Below, one piece after another: positions 59,681 to 64,000 of a stretch of 64,000 nucleotides of DNA. Each line of letters starts with the position of its first letter. The first letter of the stretch is position 1. Made by a program: the position numbers and the translations under genes. The stretch comes from Lingula anatina (taxonomy: Eukaryota; Animalia; Brachiopoda), in contig CM120646.1 of assembly GCA_051362555.1 (NCBI GenBank), positions 14,446,001 through 14,510,000 on the forward strand. The letters run 5' to 3'. The notes beneath the pieces are model-generated. The model was not told the DNA's origin and did no database searches. It was given only the letters and a program-made list of their open reading frames with translations.

Positions 59681-60663
59681 CACACACTGTACATGTAGCT
59701 TGCTCCATTTTATTTTGTTAGGTTATATAAGGAAAAAACATGATTTTTACCATGCTGGAGTTAAAGACGGAAATCTCCTATCAAGATGATGTGCTATTTA
59801 AAATATGTAATATGCGTGAAAGGACAAATCCAAGGCGATGCATAGGGTTAGAATGATTTATCGGCGTGACAATTTGTCGCTAATCATAATTTCAGTTGCC
59901 ACGGTTGGTAAGTGGTAGGCCAAGTATTTCCCAAGATAGTTTTCATATCTATAACCATAAAGGGTGGTGGCGTGAAATTTTATCCATAAAGACCCTATTA
60001 CACAGGAGTTACGACTGCTTGGGCATGTTTTTTTTTCACCCACTCTCATTCATTTTAATTAAAGATGGGGCTTTGGCAAGGGTTTATAGTCAGCATCAAA
60101 TCCATGCAACAACGTTAATGAACTTTAAATGTTGCAGCATTTTCTTCCGTTACATATTTGTCAGACTGGGCCAAAATTTGCTCTCCAAGCAATAACAAGC
60201 CAGGTGAAACAGGGGCTTTAATACATGCACCTTTATGTTGAAGAAGCATGAGTTTTACTCTTCAAATGGTGGTGTTTAGAGAGATCTGGGAGACGGAGCA
60301 CATGTATGAGATGTTCATTGCGGTTTTGTCTGCGTTTAAGTTCTTTCTGTGTAGGCATCTGTACCCCAAACCCGATTTCTTCATTTACTATATCATAACG
60401 TCTAAATTCAAGCATTTTCAAAAACAAATCAATCAATGAACAGCTTCTACAAATTCAAAAAAGGAGAGGTGTTTTGATACTCAGAACTGCGGACGATGAC
60501 TTTTTCTGTTAAATCTATAGCGTAATCCATTATCTAAACAAATAAATAGTCTTAAACTGTCGCTGTCGGTCATAAACCCACACGTCTCCGGAGATTTAAA
60601 GATCAATAATATCTCTTACGCCTTTTAGACAAAAACGGTGCTCAAACAGGTTTTCTGAGAATC

Positions 60664-60807
60664 ACTCACTATTTTCTGTGTGCAAAATGTGTTAAGTTTA
60701 TAGAATTTTTGTCCACACTGTGTCAGGAGACCCTTCAACTCACTATGTTCAGAACGCAAAATGTGTTGATGTTTATAGTATTTTTGTCCACACTGTGTCA
60801 AGAGACC
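60664..60807. repeat. two-copy ~74-bp tandem duplication
   Basis: actcactat...gcaaaatgtgtt...gtttatag.atttttgtccacactgtgtca.gagacc starts at 60664 and again at 60738. Confidence 0.9.
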
Positions 60808-61338
60808 GATACGGCAATCGATACATCAACTCTGATGGAACTCAGTTTAAATAAAACCCAGTTCGATACCATCCCGCTAGATATCGATTTATGAAAGGCT
60901 TCAGGTCTCCGGCTGTCCCTTAAAGAGGAAGTTGTAGTGACCCCAACAAAAACATAGTAGTTTTGCGTGAACAGTTTCAATACCATTGTTACGATAGACT
61001 ATATAAGGCAACGGCAACAGAGGAAAGGCGCAAACAAGCATTATGTAACAATCAAATTGTAAATTTCGAGGCGGAATGTATAAAAACACAACAATATTAC
61101 TTGAATTCTTGAGATATTATGAAATATTGAAAAGAAATCTTAAAGAATAGGGATGATGGGAAACAAACACTCCTCCCCAATATTTACCATGAATGGTAAT
61201 TTTTGTGTATATCACAATTGGAATAGAGATTTGAATATCGTTAAAACAAAAACAGATATTTCTAGGAATTGTGCTCACTAGCGAAATTTGTTTTTATAAA
61301 AAAAGAAGAAGAATCATCTCTTATCGGATTTTATATTG

Positions 61339-61340
<2 letters not shown>

Positions 61341-61400
<60 letters not shown>

Positions 61401-61404
61401 TAAT
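61341..61404. repeat. (AAT)n microsatellite
   Basis: Direct reading. Confidence 0.95.
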
Positions 61405-61830
61405 AGTGTGACTAAATATTGGATGGTACGAGCACTATAAAAGAGTGATAAAAGTAACAAAATTCATCATGAAACAGTCTACTATTATAAGATACAATGT
61501 AGCGCACTTTTATGTTTTATTTTTTTGTACTAGCACTTAAGTATCATTCATTCTTAAAAACATTTGTGAAGACCTGTTATGGGTCACTATTTTGTACCTT
61601 TTTTTCAAACCGGTAATGACCGTGACATCTTAGCACCAACATTTCTGTTTGGCTGAGGTTACCATATCTTTTTAAAACGCAAAATGTGGCACACTGTAAA
61701 GTGTATATGATAATTCAAATTGTGTCAGGGTACGAGTTTAAATACGAAAAGCTCGCCGAGTCAAATCTTTCAAATTGCGTCAGCTGTACGCGCCGTCTCA
61801 ATTAACACAACATGATTCTGAATATCTGAC

Positions 61831-62003
61831 CCGATGTAAACAGCAATGGAAGTCCGCTAGGAACTGTTTTCCGCTTCACATTACTTTGTACAGGTTACAT
61901 TCGTCCCATATAATAACCCCAATACTCCGACTAATCCTAACCTGTACTAAACATATTGGAGGCCGGACTTCCATTTCTAGGACTACCATTCCTGTCACAC
62001 CAG
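61831..62003. mobile_element. MITE family B
   Basis: agtccgctaggaac ... ctaatcctaacctgtac ... ccatttctaggactaccattcctgtcacacc, homologous to the other two copies. Confidence 0.8.
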
Positions 62004-63959
62004 CTTACTCAACTCGCCCCGTTTTTTACATTAAACAGTAACAAACTCTCTCTCTCTCTCCCTCTCTCTCTCGTAAATTTTTAATTTTTAGTATCTAATT
62101 TTTGGTAGATCCAGATATAACAAAGGTGCTATTCTCTCACTTAAGCTTACTGATAAAGCAGTTATTTTGGAAAAAAAGCATACACGGCGTTTCTATCCAC
62201 CATCTACGGACTACAACTAACAATATAACTAGAGTAAATTGATGTAGATGGGATGCTGAATAATTACTCCACTGAAGAGCTAAAAGCCACTGCTTAATAT
62301 TTGTGCAAGGAATTATATACATATACATATGCATACACATATAAATATGTTATAATAAACATTGTGGACAAGTCCGACTCTTCATTGATCAATCTCTCGC
62401 ACCTGTTGCATTTAAGTTAAGTCAGGTTAAACTGAATTATTTATCTACGGAAATGTCACGTCACCAATGCTGCTGTTTTTGTTGCGTTTTTGAATGACAG
62501 TCTTAAATATTAATGTGCGTTGCAAAATGCCATCAGGGCAAAACGCAAACAACATCTGCGCTCTTGTTAAAAGGCCAGTAGCTTGCTGTGAGTCGAAACA
62601 GAGGGATGGTACAATGCAGCCTTAAACAATTCAATTACAGTCGATATTAATCGTCGTAGCAAGAAGCCTCATGGTATCCCTTTAAAGAAGGATGGTTCAA
62701 ACATCCATTTTTGTGTTCTAATTGGGTAAATTGGCATCGATTAATCAGTACCAGTGCCACTTTTGTTCTGTGCCAAAAAAAGATGAAAACAAAAATCTCA
62801 GCCACGTTATACAAGGATGGTTGCTCCGATGCAGCTGTTTGACCAACAGAAGACCAGGATTCCGCGGGGTGTCCGTATTATTTATCATCATATCATGGGT
62901 CTCCGCATTCATAGGTTTTTCTTCGTTTGCCTGGTAGCAGGAACTCTCTGGTGTTTACGCTCTCTGTACCTGGGCATCAGCGGTAAGTTAGTGGTGAGTG
63001 ACTTCTCTGAAAAAGCCGAGGTTTTGCCAAAGAGGGGGTGGAGGTATGGCGATAAATTAAATTAGAGAAAGATCAAGGGCAATTACACAGCAATAGAAAG
63101 AGCACAGGGATGGAAAGGGATGTCATTTGTCTTGTTTCTTGTATTGAAGAGCACGGGGAAAGAAGAGGGTACCTCGGAAACCAAGGCTGGGGAGGAGGCA
63201 CACTTGCCGGCTAGAGACAACATACATGCCACCATTTGTTTTATTTTTATTGATGCAGTCCTCGATCATCCATAGGGATGCGTAGAATGATATCTTTGGT
63301 CTGTTTCATTTTCTTATGCCTCATGATAATTAAGCATTGCTTTTTCAGCTGCTCCCATCACTCTTAGTTATATTTAACTTGTCATCGTCACTTAAAATCT
63401 GTGTGCGTCTTCATTTATAATTTATCATGTACCTATATTTTTAAATATTAAAATCTTTTTTTATTTATTACGACCACCAACTATGTGTAAAAGAAGCTGT
63501 ATGAGCAAAGACCGTTTTACATTCGTAATATGTCAGTTACCAAGATACGACCTTTTTTTTCTTTATTATTCCAGACAGCAATCATATAACTCAGGGAACG
63601 TAAATGACATACAGGCTCATGGCATTTACGTTCATCTATAAGAAAATGTAAATTATGTCTCACGTACTCATTGACAGGACAAGAATGTCTTAAAACATTA
63701 ATCAATGCAGAAAAAGGGTGTTACATGTAATTCTGAGTCACAGATCGACACGAGCTTTGTCATACGCAAACGAAGATACATGTAACGTATTCTTCGCGTT
63801 TGATATTGAAGGACTGAATTATTGATAGCCTTGCTGGTATATGAATGCAGCTACGTTTTGGTTCATGTTTATTTCAGACTGCACACTCCATAAACTGAAC
63901 GAAAATATCCAAGTTCAGAAGGTAAGGATTCATGTTAACTTTGATCTTATGATACTAGG

Positions 63960-64000
63960 CTCGTTTGTATGGCACAATACAAGTCCCCTTCTCTCTCTCT
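63960..64000 (+). repeat. second copy of the 30-bp head plus (CT)n, truncated by the window end
   Basis: Exact match to 52546-52586. Confidence 0.8.

Overview
AT-rich animal (invertebrate, probably lophotrochozoan/mollusc-like) genomic DNA with spliceosomal GT-AG introns; nothing prokaryotic, and no rRNA, tRNA or CRISPR array is supported. Two convergent protein-coding genes were reconstructed exon by exon. (1) On + (32204-44349), a 4-exon, 155-aa GPI-anchored Ly6/three-finger protein of the quiver/sleepless (QVR) family, largely missed by the ORF track, with a candidate alternative first exon, CRE sites and a possible in-frame cassette exon. (2) On - (55880-47618), a 7-coding-exon, 765-aa MFSD6 transporter. 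The first ~30 kb has no supportable CDS. The non-coding DNA holds many non-autonomous DNA transposons (Harbinger/Tourist-like, Tc1-like, CMC-like, and CAGG-ended elements with 5-bp TSDs), microsatellites and a 1.2-kb CCTA/CCTG satellite. The most unusual signal is a window-wide excess of TA-xxxx-TA palindromes (TACATGTA at least 22 times, plus TACTAGTA and TAGGCCTA). Comparisons between repeat copies inside the window show these as 5-6 bp insertions at TA dinucleotides, sometimes stacked three deep. This resembles a fossil record of repeated transposon insertion and excision.
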